A stretch of DNA of 62,829 bases, counting the filler, from Phoronis australis (taxonomy: Eukaryota > Animalia > Phoronida), in assembly GCA_002633005.1 (NCBI GenBank). It is 11 parts of 11 records of this genome, joined end to end, with 100 filler letters (N's around TTAATTAATTAA, not from the genome) between each part and the next. Parts side by side here need not be neighbours in the genome. Positions count along the whole stretch, not along the records: positions 48,625 to 52,332 come from NMRA01002086.1; positions 52,433 to 54,761 come from NMRA01003734.1; positions 54,862 to 57,795 come from NMRA01003316.1; positions 57,896 to 62,829 come from NMRA01002455.1; 7 more parts are not named here. One strand, given 5' to 3'. Position 1 is the first letter of the stretch. Each line of letters begins with the position of its first letter. A model generated the notes under the pieces. It made no database searches and was not told the DNA's origin. It saw only the letters and a list, made by a program, of their open reading frames with translations. A program made the position numbers and the translations under genes. Positions 49,269 to 61,935 of this stretch are shown here, piece after piece.

Positions 49269-49454
49269 TAGTCATCTCTCACGACTAGTCATCTCTCACG
49301 ACTAGTCATCTCTCACGACTAGTCATCTCTCCCGACTAGTCATCTCTCCCGACTAGTCATCTCTCCCGACTAGTCATCTCTCCCGACTAGTCATCTCTCC
49401 CGACTAGTCATCTCTCACGACTAGTCATCTCTCACGACTAGTCATCTCTCACGA
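49269..49454. repeat. 17-bp minisatellite TAGTCATCTCTC(A/C)CGAC x11
   Basis: Direct count: 3 A-type, 5 C-type, 3 A-type units. Confidence 0.95.
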
Positions 49455-49499
49455 ACTAAAAATGAAGGGGAATTAACATGAAAGTTTTTAAATTTTTTC

Positions 49500-49995
49500 A
49501 ATATAATACGTACGGTACAGATCACACAATTACACAGTACAATAACTTTAAATTTGTGTTTGTCAAGGATCAGTTAAGGTCAATTTACAGTGCTGATATG
49601 TACAAAGGTAATTTAACATTAAAAATAATAAACAAAAAAGGTCAAGACCTTGCCAGCGCTCTATAACTGTACGTACTTGATTTGGTTTATGTATATATAC
49701 TGTTCAGTGGAAATGTACAATGCAACTTTCTTTTTAAACAGTGCAGGGCAGGGATTTTTGCACTTTAAGCTTTGTTTATAAATGTGGTACTTGCCAAGGC
49801 AAAGAACTATGCTTTGTAACTTCCACCTGAACACCAAACAGAACTGATTGTAATGACAGTTCTAAACTGGCCAACAGCATCTTCGAGCCAGTTATTTACA
49901 TTAGACCGAAACTGTTGAGTGATGTTACAAGACCAGTACACATGGACAAAAGATTCACTTTCATCTATTGAAGCAAAAAGTGCACAATGAGCTAT
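49500..49995 (-). mobile_element. L1/Tx1 LINE ORF2 C-terminal (CCHC) remnant
   Basis: CALF...ESESFVHVYWSCNITQQF..NVNNWL...LGKYHIYKQ. Confidence 0.7.
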
Positions 49996-50137
49996 CAATT
50001 ACGCCTGCCACCATTCTGTAGTATCCGGGAGATTTGAATTTCTCACTAACATTAACAGGAAAGGTAGAACGGTGGCAAGTCAGTCTGTAATTAGTTTTTT
50101 GCGACCCTAATAGTTATTTCCAGTCAATATATTCTTA

Positions 50138-50706
50138 GGGCTGTTCTAGCAAAATCTGTGTGGGAGGGGGGGAAGGCAACTGAAATAAAAAATTATGGGT
50201 GGTTGCGTTTGATTTAAATTCAAAATGGCTGGTGGTCGTACTTCAAAAAAATAAAAATTTATAGGTTGTTGTCGTTTCATTGGGCCATAAATGTTTGATG
50301 GTGGGTAATTTTAGTAAATTTTATAAACAATCCGCACAGAATCAAAAACTGAAACAAAAATGCAACTTGCAAAAAGCTCCGACTTTTTCACTCCCTCCGA
50401 TCTCCTCATCGGCATGCCCATAACACCATTTAACCACAGGCGCTCGAATTTCTCGATGGCTAATAACCATATATAAGAAACATGTGTTTTCTTAGTAATG
50501 AATGACGTTAGTGGTGATGGAGGAACAGATAAACTCAAGCGCCTGTGCAGTCAACCACAAGAACAAAAAGAAAATTACGGGTGGTTGCATTTCAAAGTTA
50601 TAAAAAATTACGGGTGGTAGGCTGTAGAAATAAATGAAAAATATGGGTGGTGGGTGCGAAAAATAGGTGCTTCCCCCCTCCCATACAGATTTTACTGGAA
50701 CAGCCC
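50138..50706. mobile_element. PIF/Harbinger MITE with TTA TSD
   Basis: TTA|gggctgttctagcaaaatctgtgtgggagggggg ... cccccctcccatacagattttactggaacagccc|TTA. Confidence 0.88.
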
Positions 50707-50712
50707 TTAACA

Positions 50713-50938
50713 GGAGACGGCGTGGCTCTGTGGCTAGAGCTTCAGGCTCCCACATGAGAGACCTGGGTTCAAATCCTGGCTTCACTAGCTGACACTTGAG
50801 CATTGCACAATGGTGTCTCCTATTCCTCTTAGCTGGATCTTGTGAATGAGTGCAAGGGAGTGAATGGGAACCTGTTGAGGACCATGCTGTACGTTAGCCC
50901 TTGGCTAAAGCATGTTTCCTTTATTAAGAAAAAAAAAC
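50713..50938 (+). mobile_element. tRNA-derived SINE
   Basis: A box TGGCTCTGTGG (50723), B box GGTTCAAATCC (50766), non-tRNA body, A-rich tail. Confidence 0.75.
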
Positions 50939-51058
50939 AGTATTAGCTGTCGTGACGAGGAAACAGGATCTTGTCTAATTATTGTTGTTTTGTACTGTAT
51001 TTAGTCTCGGAAATTTATTTCACGAATTTAAATTTCACCCAGCATTGTAACTTGACTG

Positions 51059-51520
51059 GTTTTTATGCGTCCACATATTTATAAATTATGTGGTTGCATA
51101 TTGCCGTTATCTCTGTCTGGGCTTCCATCGTTCGCAGCTGTATCATATAAACCCCTTACAAGATCTTGATGAGGTTTGGCAGATGTGTTCCTATGAAGCT
51201 GATGACGAATTTCGGACCTCTCTGACTACTGGTGTGCCCCCTAGTTGCAATTTTAGTTTTTTGTGCTTACCTTTGTATCTTCAGATGTCCTTGACGGATT
51301 TTCATAAAATTTGGCAGTGAGGTATCTATTAGTGGTATGGTTCTATTCTCCCGTTTTCGGATGGATTCGAAGTAAACAGTAAAAATGGCCTCCAAGTGAC
51401 CATTTTTACTGTCTTTTTGGCATCCAGCTCTATGGCTATTTTTATGATCCAAATAAACACTGTTAGAAGCACACCGTTTGCGGTGCATTTGTGGGCACAT
51501 TTCAATGCTCCGTGTTGCTC
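51059..51520 (+). mobile_element. Shorter HINE copy, same family as 44207-45445
   Basis: tttttatgcgtccacatatttata...tgtggttgcat hairpin, ctctgtctgggc, and caccgtttgcggtgcatttgtgggcacatttcaatgctccgtgttgctc end. Confidence 0.8.
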
Positions 51521-51876
51521 CTGTTGTGGCCATTTTGTTTGGAACTGGTTTCACATGATTGGACGTCACAGTGATTGGTTGTAAATATTGGCTTGATGTA
51601 AATCATTTATACTGTTTCACCTAGGTCCAGATCATACAGCCACAGTCCCGCCCACGGAAACGAAGGAGGTTCTCCTGCCCCCAGGCAGTCACGCAGTCGG
51701 TCACACAGCCGTAGCCGTACTCCTACCTAATGACTGAACAAAAGAGCACATCATTTTGGAGCAGTACATTTGTGTACTAGATTGTTCTGTGACATTTTAA
51801 ACCATTTTTAAAGGAACATTTATTTTGTAGTTGCGAAGTTTTTTTACTTTGTGTCATTGTGTAAGGTGTTGGCTTT

Positions 51877-52332
51877 CCACAACGCCAGAAATTTGTAACA
51901 TGCACTACTGCGCATGCGCTAAATCTTGCCAGCAGCCCTCCATAAGAAATACACAAGAGCAGGCAAAAATCAGGAATTTATAAGCAAGGGGAGATAACTA
52001 CACAATTTGCCGATAGCCTGTCACATAGAGTGTATGTTAAGACATGTTACCGCCAAATATCAGCGCCAGTGGTGAAAATTTTTCCACGTCTCTTGAAGTT
52101 TGAAGGTTACCCCGTTCAGGCCTATGTTAACGATCGTCCGGAAGCCACTATTTGAGCGCATAGCTCATTTTGAAGTCAAGTTTGTGGCTGAATTCATTTT
52201 GCCATCGGATTTGCCGATAGCCTAGGTGACTACCAGGAGTACTCAGAGGTTGCTGATCCAAATTTCATGTTGTTTCTCGAAAATTTTTCCACGTCTCTTG
52301 TGTTCAGAAAATGGATCGGCGTACAGTGCTGT
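51877..52332 (+). repeat. Dispersed repeat copy 2 (see 989-1440)
   Basis: ccacaacgccagaaatttgtaacatgcac...gtacagtgctgt. Confidence 0.85.
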
Positions 52333-55300
52333 NNNNNNNNNNNNNNNNNNNNNNNNNNNNNNNNNNNNNNNNNNNNTTAATTAATTAANNNNNNNNNNNN
52401 NNNNNNNNNNNNNNNNNNNNNNNNNNNNNNNNGTTCGATGGCGTGTTAGTGACAAAATATTTCAACCAATCCATCAGGAAATAGTAACATCAATTAGTGG
52501 ATGACACCAGTGTGTGTGTGTAACGTTGATATAAACGAGAGCTGGTCAAGTTATTAGTAGCAGGACAAAGGTAATGATCAATGATTCAGAGAATAACACT
52601 ACAACAGGATGACATCAAAACTGAACATGAACAAAACAGAAATAAAACAAAAAAACAAGATTAAATGGATGATGTGGATTAAGAGTAGGCATCACGCAAC
52701 TTAAAAAGTCCCAAACCCCAGTTCTCAATGATGCAGTGGAAGTGCTGGAGATTTTGGTAACTGGAAATAGCTTAATTCAGTTATCGTACAAGAGAGGGAT
52801 GAAGAAATTGTCCAGATTTATGACACAATGAGAGCACAGGCATCCATAGTTTCTTGTCGTCCCCAATACACTAGTGTTACTAGTATATATAATACTAAAA
52901 TTAGAGTGAGCAAGGTTAGAGGCCAGACAGAAGCCCTTGTCGACATAAAGGAGAGTGAATAAAGTAGGGTGACACTATAGCAATGTCACGGCAGGTAGGG
53001 TCGCAAGAGCCAATACACGTCCACTTTTATCTCACCAAGGCAAGGAGCAGGTACGTTCAATTTTATGGCAAAACGTACGAGAATGGATGTATTAATGATC
53101 AACTACTTAATCAATTTCAATACTCACAACATTACTCGAAACTGGTCACAGGCAGTGAAAGTGGGAAGGAAAGCACTACACAGACANCAGTATCACCGAC
53201 TGAAGCCACTGAGTGAAGGCAGCCAAGCCAAGGTAAGCTCATTTCCAAAATTCCATTCGATTGTTAACTTCATGTAAATTTCAACCTAAGCAAAATGAAC
53301 ACCAGTTGCGTTTCACGACAAATCATGTTCACGCTCTACAAAGAAAGTGTCAATCGTTTATACAATTACAGCGTGCATCCGATTTCAAATGTCACTCCTG
53401 TCCTGGGTTTCAAATACCCCTTATATCCGCCATATTGTTTACGCGTCTGGTGGATCACGCTGGTTACAGTGGTAACTGCTGTAAGAAAACTGAAACTGTG
53501 AACCAGCGAATATGATTTTGATCCGCAAGGGGGCACGCCCTTGTGCATTGAGCCCGATGGGCGACGGGCCATGTTGAGCCAAACAAAGGTAGGCCTACGG
53601 GTTGAGCCCCTGTGACCTTGTTTCATCAGTGACAATGACTGAAGGATAGACATAAATTTATGTTAACAGAATTCACAATTGCTTAAAAAATTGAGACTAG
53701 TAATTGCGAGCGCATCGCAATCTAGAAATAATTTATAACAATTTTCCCAAGTACTGACCAGCAGTCGAATAACTGAGTAAGGCGTATGTTATTAGAAAAT
53801 GCACTTTTCGGCTCATGTGATTGAGATTTAACCGTCTAACGACTTGTATGTTTAGCGCAAGACCAACAAACCCGGCTCTGGCCTATTAAAACGACGTTCA
53901 AATCCAATTCTATGCGGCTGTCCTACTCGGCAAGCCTCAAAGGTTTGAGGGAAAATTTAAAAACTCCTTTCAAAGTCTCATTGCTAAACGCCGGGAAAGC
54001 AAGACCAACGATGGGCATGCATGAACACTACGTATGGAAGACCACCCACCAAGAACCATAATATGCAATCCGTGACAACAAAGTGGGAATAGATTTTTAA
54101 TTGATTCCTGCTTTTATCTCAGTTAAAGACTGATGCCAATTGTATGCATTGGGAGATGACAGAACGAGGATTGTTTGAAATCAACAAAACAGGGTTTAGT
54201 ATCCTTTTACGGTTACCTCAAACTTTATTTGGTGAGCTTCATTCTAACTCATAAAAAACAGACTATGATGCGATCCAGTAAAATTATATATTTTCTAAAA
54301 CAAAAACTCACAGATTATAAAAAATTGTTTTTTATTTATTTATGTCCCATTATTATTATGATTAACACCTGTTTTAACCCAAAATATAATTTTAAGAAAG
54401 GTACGTCCATAAGAACTCCTTGGTCGATTTTAATGAACCCTTTTTAAATGGAAACTTTGAGAACACAGTTTGGAGTTTTTAATTACTCATTTAGTTTTGT
54501 TTCTATGCCAAATTAACTTGGTAAAAATAGCACTCGTATTTGTCTATGTTATGGTACGTTCTTGTGATTGGTGAATAAATATTAAAATTATGGTTTTAAG
54601 AACTCGTCACGTAGAACTCTAGCCCTGGAATGCCAACTCCCGCACATGGCCAATGTATTCTATTATTAGAGCTTGCAACCACCAGCCGAGGCTAGCCTCG
54701 AGAGTTTGCACTTTGTAAATTCCCGGCAGTATACTCGATTGAGTTTCCATAGGCGGATTTANNNNNNNNNNNNNNNNNNNNNNNNNNNNNNNNNNNNNNN
54801 NNNNNTTAATTAATTAANNNNNNNNNNNNNNNNNNNNNNNNNNNNNNNNNNNNNNNNNNNNAAATTGTTGATCAAAATACTTTCTACGCGGACCAGGTCA
54901 TCTGCTCGTATTGTTGACGAGTTGAAGACATATTCGATAGTGGTGTCTGTCATGTGCAATTAGTCACATCTGGTTTAATTTGTTGATCAAGAATATTAAC
55001 ATCAAGCATAGCGTGATCCTATGCACTCACTGGGACTAACAGTTGATTTGTCATTGGTCTGAAAGAATAATTGATGTTGTTAAATATATTTTCATTAGAA
55101 TAAAAAACCAGGCTCGTAATTGAAAATAAAAATTATTTGACCATCAATGCTTTCTTGGTTGTAATAATTCTTACGTCTATTTCATGTGTTAGATTTCAAA
55201 TATCAATCTGGACCAAGTTGAATTTTAAAATTAAAATATATAACACCTAATTCGTTCGTCCAAAACATAACATCATTTTAGAACTCAATTTCAGTTAACT

Positions 55301-55709
55301 GGACAATGCAATCATAGTTATCATGTTTCTGCAGAAGCCTCTTTCATCCGAGGGGAACGTCCGGGTGCCAGAGCCTACTGAGAAGCGATTTTTCGTCGAG
55401 TGAGGGCGGGAACAATCTACCTCCCGATCACCATCAATAGCACCCGCGCCCTGTTGCAGGCTCTCATAGGCTCTGCCTCAATTTTAAGTAGCCTTTTGTG
55501 CTCTTAAAAATTGTCACCTGTGTGGTTACAGGTGACGTGAACTCAGAGAAGGATTTTCACTAGGGGAATTTTTATGCCTCGTGGGGGGAATTTCGCGTGA
55601 TATTTCAATATGTTTGAGAGGGGAATAGGGCCGATATTGGGCCCCAAATTTGAGGGATTGAGGGCCCAGTCCTTTTTGGAAAGAAAAATTATAATGTTTC
55701 AACCCATAG

Positions 55710-55914
55710 CAGGGGCGGATCCAGGTTTTCCAGTTAAGGGGGGCAGGGCACAGGAATAAGCAGGATTTCGGCAGATGCGCGCGCCCAGCCTAAACTCTGG
55801 GGATGCAGGGGTCTTGAATTCTTGGGTTTGCGGACCTGTTGACTAAAAAAAAACTGTAAACGGGGTTCATTCAGCGCCTATGCGTTGTTTATTCACCCCC
55901 CAAGACCCGCCCTG
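55710..55914. mobile_element. hAT-type MITE (caggggcggatcc), degenerate
   Basis: caggggcggatccagg ... cccccaagacccgccctg; no TSD. Confidence 0.5.
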
Positions 55915-57305
55915 GTTGCGCATGTGTGCTAGTCAGCAATTCGCACCCGAACTCAAAAATGGGATCTGATACAATTTTAGGGGGGGCATGTCCCCCCCCC
56001 CCTAAGTCCGTAGTCATGAAAACACAGCCTGGCTGGCCCATTCTCCGGTCGTTACTATGATGCTTAACAACTGACCGACATGCGACAAAATGATCTAACT
56101 TTTCGAAAACATTTATAAATTTTACACGGACATATTTTGCTTCGTCGCGGCAACGACCCAACGCTTCCGAATCTCAACGTCTTTAGAGATTGTGAAGCAG
56201 ACAGTTGCGTGTCCGTATTTTTTCTAGCCGTTCGCGGAATAACACAGTCTGAAACACAGAACTATGCCGATAAGCTAACCGAGCTATCATAGCGAGCCTC
56301 GTTTTGGAATGCGCCTCCTGTCGGCGTGAATAGGGTCTATCGTCTCCAGTCACTGAGTAATACTTGGCTGACTTTTTAGTGACCAAATGCACTCATGAAT
56401 ACATGTAACTATTTCTCACAGCACCATAATTTCCATACCATAACTGGCGACTTCCCAGGTTTCTCAAAAAAGAAGGAGCCTGCAGTTATTAGTAATTTGA
56501 TTTTAGTATAAATAGCAGACCTAGTAGTTGGGTTTCCTTTAATCATACATAAGAAGTCGCGTTGCAATGCTTAAGCTAGTGCTGATTTAATTTAATACAC
56601 ACTGTTCAGACACATAGATGATCAGTTTAGTTTAGACCTAGTTTTAGGTTTGCATTTATATCACTGCAGTTGTACGAGTTACTCTGACAACAGTGTGAAA
56701 AGCGATGAATAAAGAATTGTCTTTAATTCAGCATGGACTAGTTTCAACATCTGCATGGTTAACATCCAGGGATCGAGCTCCGGTCTGGACAGAAACCTTT
56801 TCTGACTTAACTCTAGGTCAGATGATGTGACAACATATGGCAAGTAAGAAGACTATTAATTCTTCCTTAAACCAATGTGCTGATTTATAGCAGCACAATT
56901 ATATTCATTTAAATGACTTTATTTTTTTGAAAATTTTCACATAAAAATTCTACTTCTCCACACAACCAAAATTAACAAGTGTACCTTTTTCACCGAGGGT
57001 TAATTCAGAAAACTTTTTTTCTTCTTTTCGCTCAACTATGTCCGACTTCTTGTTTCCTGTTGTGTAGCTTCGATGGCACCAAACATGAGACGTTGGCAAC
57101 AGCCTGACATACCAAGATCCCAATACACGTGTAGTCCACAAACAGTCCTTTAACAAGCAGCCATGGGGTAGGCTGGTAATTTTTCCTAGGTTGCTTCGGG
57201 TTGCCTTAGCATAGTGTTGAGCTTGCCGTGCTTTCTGAGGACAAAGAGTCTCCAGCTCTAACAGAACAGCTCGGGCAGATCCCAAAAACGCCATCAGCTG
57301 ATTCG

Positions 57306-57402
57306 TTTACATTCAAAGCCTTCAATGAAAATTTCAGCAGATTTCAAGTGTTGTAGTTTTACATTCAGAACCTTCAATGAAAATTTCAGCAGATTTCAAG
57401 TG
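57306..57402. repeat. 52-bp-period tandem duplication
   Basis: ccttcaatgaaaatttcagcagatttcaagtg occurs twice. Confidence 0.85.
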
Positions 57403-57705
57403 ACACAACTTTCAAGAAAAATGTGTATAACTTTTCCTCAAGGCACTTTATGGGCATTTTGCTGTGTAAGTACGCTGTGCATATTGACGGACATACAGGG
57501 AACTCAAGGGTAGGTGCAAGCCAGAAACAGACGAGTACTTGGTCTGCAAGATCTAAAGAATGAGAACTCTGGGACAACTGTTTTTTTATAAATATGAGAG
57601 GGCATTTTTCTTGAGCTTCACAAACACAAAAGACCAACACTTCAAAACATGCAAAGTGAAAAATAGGGCCGTTTGTTGAGCATAGTTTTGGAAAATGAAG
57701 TGAAN

Positions 57706-57742
57706 TGCGTGTGCGTGTGCGTGTGCGTGTGCGTGTGTGTGT
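57706..57742. repeat. (TGCGTG)n/(TG)n microsatellite
   Basis: Direct reading, next to a single-N join. Confidence 0.9.
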
Positions 57743-58040
57743 GATAAGTACTTCCCCTGTCTTCTACCCCTTCGTTACAATAAGCTCATGTTAACNNNNN
57801 NNNNNNNNNNNNNNNNNNNNNNNNNNNNNNNNNNNNNNNTTAATTAATTAANNNNNNNNNNNNNNNNNNNNNNNNNNNNNNNNNNNNNNNNNNNNCTCAA
57901 AAAAACAGTCGGTAAATGCATTAATTTTAGTCTCAGTTCTTCCACGCGTGTTTCTCCCGAGAGGTTAGTACATAACGTGCAGACGAGCGTTCCAAATTGG
58001 AACGCTAAGTCCCGCGTGGCAGCGCTGCACGCGAAACAAG

Positions 58041-58074
58041 ATGGCGGACGACCTTTGGAGACTGACGACGAGAG
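58041..58074 (+). CDS. Possible first coding exon of a housekeeping-type gene
   Basis: CpG-rich context, aacAAGATGGCGG (YY1-like start), gag|gtaatc donor. Confidence 0.3.
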
Positions 58075-58113
58075 GTAATCGGACTATAGTAGTCAGTACC
58101 CTCAGTGCACAGT

Positions 58114-58194
58114 CACAGGCGTCCTCAGCTTCTGATCGTCCCCAAGTATTACATGTAGTGTATTGGGGACGATCAGAAGCTGAGGACGCCTGTG
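58114..58194. repeat. Near-perfect 81-bp palindrome (half copies at 20327-20368 and ~52856)
   Basis: cacaggcgtcctcagcttctgatcgtccccaa...ttggggacgatcagaagctgaggacgcctgtg. Confidence 0.9.
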
Positions 58195-59184
58195 TGTACA
58201 GTAAGGTCAGTAGTGCAGACTGCAGTTGACATCCGAATGAATTGGTCCCTCCACACTCCACAGCCACACGTAGACGTAGTCCGTAGCCGTAAGCTCACTG
58301 GTCTCAAGTCTGCCTCCTCATGGCGTGGCTAAAAAAATGATGTCATACTTACGTTCGCAATCTATTTCAGCAAACTCGTGGTTACAGCCAGTGCACCACC
58401 AAAACGAAATCACTTGTTGAGTCAAACGAACGAATACACCGCCGCTGCAAATGGTATCCACTCGTCCAAGGCTTTACCGCAAACAGGTGGCGCAGTGTGG
58501 AATACCTCCGCTTCGCTAACACTAGGTAGCGCTGATATAACAGTCGTGTGATTTGTTTACGATGCAGTTGGGCAAATCGGGCAGACAGCCTTCGACGCAG
58601 AAAGACGAAGTTGCCACTTTTTGTGAATTTTGGGTATAATTTGACTCAGCCCAACAGTCATTTTCAGGACTACGTATTATTCATTCGTTCCTTAAAGTAT
58701 TTTATTGTGATTTAGACTGAAGTGTTCATTAATAGTTTCTTAAAGAATCGTTTTTACCTAGTGTAATAGTATATAGTCGGCAAACTTAATTAGTGTTCAT
58801 CATAGCTTGTCGTAAGTTTGTAGTCATTACACGAGGATACTTGACAAGTTAACTCAAGTAATCGCGTTCACATTTATAAAAATTTGCTCTGCACTAAATC
58901 AAATTACATGTAAACAAAATGACACAAATTTAAACATTAATTGATTTAGCCATGCACATTTTCCTCTTATTCTTTGACATATCAGTTCTTACGGAAAAGG
59001 TTACAATGGGTGATCATGAGGCCAATAATTACAAAATTCTTTACACTGAACATGAAATTCCACCTGAGGCTGATTGCCCAAATAAAGTTTCAATTACAAG
59101 TTCACGCGATACAGCGACAAATCCCGACGTGATTGGTGCAAAGCACCACCTGGTTGCGCCGGGTAAAGCCTTGCCTTTTTGGTG

Positions 59185-60741
59185 CAGTGGCGGATCTGGG
59201 ATATCACAAGGGGGGTCCAACTTTTTGTCCGGCTGTAAACATTTGCGCAAACTGAACCACGATTGTAGATGCGCATAGCACCGAAGTGGGGGGAGGTCGG
59301 GAGGGGGGTTTGCCCCCCCTCTCGCCCAAGAAATTTTTCTGTTTTTACTGACCTCTAAAAATCAAGCATTTTCCTTGATTCCTGAAGACAAAAAGGCAAA
59401 AAGGAAAAAAACGGAGAACGTGTCGAACAGAAAAAACTGCAAGAACCTGGAGGATTGACGGATAGAACGCGCGTGCGTTACCACTACACCACCACGACTT
59501 AACTACTAATCTCTCTCTCTAAGAGACCTACTTATTTATGGTCTACAGCGTTTGCGCGCGAAACCTACTTCTTTTTGTAATGCTTATTACACGTTTTATA
59601 TTTTGTGCCATCAANATTTGGTCTTTTGGGCATTTTAAGACTATTTTAAATACGACAAATTTGTTAAGAATCGATGGCACAAAACGTGTAATCAGCATTA
59701 CAAAAAGAAGTAGGTTTCGCGCGCAAACGCTGTGGACCATAAACAAGTACGTCTCTTAGTATGCGATTAGTAGCTAAATCGTGGTGGTGTAGTGGTAACG
59801 CACGCGCTCTCTGTGCGCAAGGTCGTGAGTTCGAGTCTGTGGTACATGCAGTTTTTCTTGTTTGACACGTTCTCCGTGCTTTTTTGCCTTTTTTTCTTGA
59901 TTAATACTTCAGGAATCAAGGAAAATACTTGATTTTTAGAGGTCAAAACAGAAAAATTTCTTGGGCGAGAGGGGGGGCAAGCCCCCCTCCCGACCTCCCC
60001 CCATTTGGTGCTATGCGCATCTACAATCGTGGTTCGGTTTGCGCAAATGTTTACAGCCGGACAAAAAGTTGGGCCCCCCCCTTGTGATATCCTAGATCCG
60101 CCACTGGTTCTTACGGAAAAGGTTACAATGGGTGATCATGAGGCCAATAATTACAAAATTCTTTACACTGAACATGAAATTCCACCTGAGGCTGATTGCC
60201 CAAATAAAGTTTCAATTACAAGTTCACGCGATACAGCGACAAATCCCGACGTGATTGGTGCAAAGCACCACCTGGTTGCGCCGGGTAAAGCCTTGCCTTT
60301 TTGGTGCAGTGGCGGATCTGGGATATCACAAGGGGGGGTCCAACTTTTTGTCCGGCTGTAAACATTTGCGCAAACTGAACCACGATTGTAGATGCGCATA
60401 GCACCGAAGTGGGGGGAGGTCGGGAGGGGGGTTTGCCCCCCCTCTCGCCCAAGAAATTTTTCTGTTTTTACTGACCTCTAAAAATCAAGCATTTTCCTTG
60501 ATTCCTGAAGACAAAAAGGCAAAAAGGAAAAAAACGGAGAACGTGTCGAACAGAAAAAACTGCAAGAACCTGGAGGATTGACGGATAGAACGCGCGTGCG
60601 TTACCACTACACCACCACGACTTAACTACTAATCTCTCTCTCTAAGAGACCTACTTATTTATGGTCTACAGCGTTTGCGCGCGAAACCTACTTCTTTTTG
60701 TAATGCTTATTACACGTTTTATATTTTGTGCCATCAATTCT
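59185..60741. mobile_element. Three partial copies of the tRNA-containing hAT MITE: 59185-59614 (+), 59616-60106 (-), 60307-60741 (+)
   Basis: TIR cagtggcggatct; 58985-59614 is duplicated at 60107-60736; n at 59615. Confidence 0.85.
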
Positions 60742-61497
60742 NNNNNNNNNNNNNNNNNNNNNNNNNNNNNNNNNNNNNNNNNNNNNNNNNNNNNNNNNNN
60801 NNNNNNNNNNNNNNNNNNNNNNNNNNNNNNNNNNNNNNNNNNNNNNNNNNNNNNNNNNNNNNNNNNNNNNNNNNNNNNNNNNNNNNNNNNNNNNNNNNNN
60901 NNNNNNNNNNNNNNNNNNNNNNNNNNNNNNNNNNNNNNNNNNNNNNNNNNNNNNNNNNNNNNNNNNNNNNNNNNNNNNNNNNNNNNNNNNNNNNNNNNNN
61001 NNNNNNNNNNNNNNNNNNNNNNNNNNNNNNNNNNNNNNNNNNNNNNNNNNNNNNNNNNNNNNNNNNNNNNNNNNNNNNNNNNNNNNNNNNNNNNNNNNNN
61101 NNNNNNNNNNNNNNNNNNNNNNNNNNNNNNNNNNNNNNNNNNNNNNNNNNNNNNNNNNNNNNNNNNNNNNNNNNNNNNNNNNNNNNNNNNNNNNNNNNNN
61201 NNNNNNNNNNNNNNNNNNNNNNNNNNNNNNNNNNNNNNNNNNNNNNNNNNNNNNNNNNNNNNNNNNNNNNNNNNNNNNNNNNNNNNNNNNNNNNNNNNNN
61301 NNNNNNNNNNNNNNNNNNNNNNNNNNNNNNNNNNNNNNNNNNNNNNNNNNNNNNNNNNNNNNNNNNNNNNNNNNNNNNNNNNNNNNNNNNNNNNNNNNNN
61401 NNNNNNNNNNNNNNNNNNNNNNNNNNNNNNNNNNNNNNNNNNNNNNNNNNNNNNNNNNNNNNNNNNNNNNNNNNNNNNNNNNNNNNNNNNNNNNNNN
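60742..61497. other. Scaffold gap (756 N)
   Basis: Uninterrupted N run without the linker motif. Confidence 0.98.
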
Positions 61498-61814
61498 GGG
61501 GGGGCAAGGGCCACTGACCGCCACCCTCTAAAATTCCCCCAGATGTGGCACTTCGGGGGTGCAAATGTTTGACGGGAAAAATCCTGGCTAAGACTAGCTG
61601 CCCTGCATGGTCCCTCTAACTCAAAATCTTGGATCCGCTCCAGGTTAGTGACCCGTGTGCCCGTAGTATTTTTCTCATCTGTATTGGCGTTCACGGAGGG
61701 AGGGGCTGGGCTCATCTGAAATGACCTCTCTTGGGAAATCATTGTACTCCTTTATTGTTAAAGAACCTTGCCATGGTTAATCCAACTCTTTTCAGACCGT
61801 CATAGGCCTCTCGA

Positions 61815-61935
61815 GGCCCTGGGGCCACTACACTACACTCCGGGCCCTGGGGCCACTACACTACACTCCGGGCCCTGGGGGGGCGGGGGCACTACACTCC
61901 GCCGCCCCTGGGTCCCGCACTACACTACACTCCAG
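61815..61935. repeat. GC-rich minisatellite gggccctggggccactacactacactcc, about 4 degenerate units
   Basis: Direct reading. Confidence 0.8.

Noticed and set aside
49269-49454. CRISPR-like repeat array (also considered for 40440-40720)
   Set aside because: No unique spacers, no cas genes, eukaryotic context
59780-59850. Functional tRNA gene (also considered for 50713-50785)
   Set aside because: A and B boxes are present but acceptor and anticodon stems are not canonical, and both lie inside repeats
58952-60452. Duplicated ORFs (…VLTEKVTMGDHEANNYK…)
   Set aside because: They run into MITE sequence and arise from the allelic duplication; no coding signature
60661-61742. Long ORFs of 267-358 aa in the ORF track
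   Set aside because: They consist almost entirely of X from the N gap
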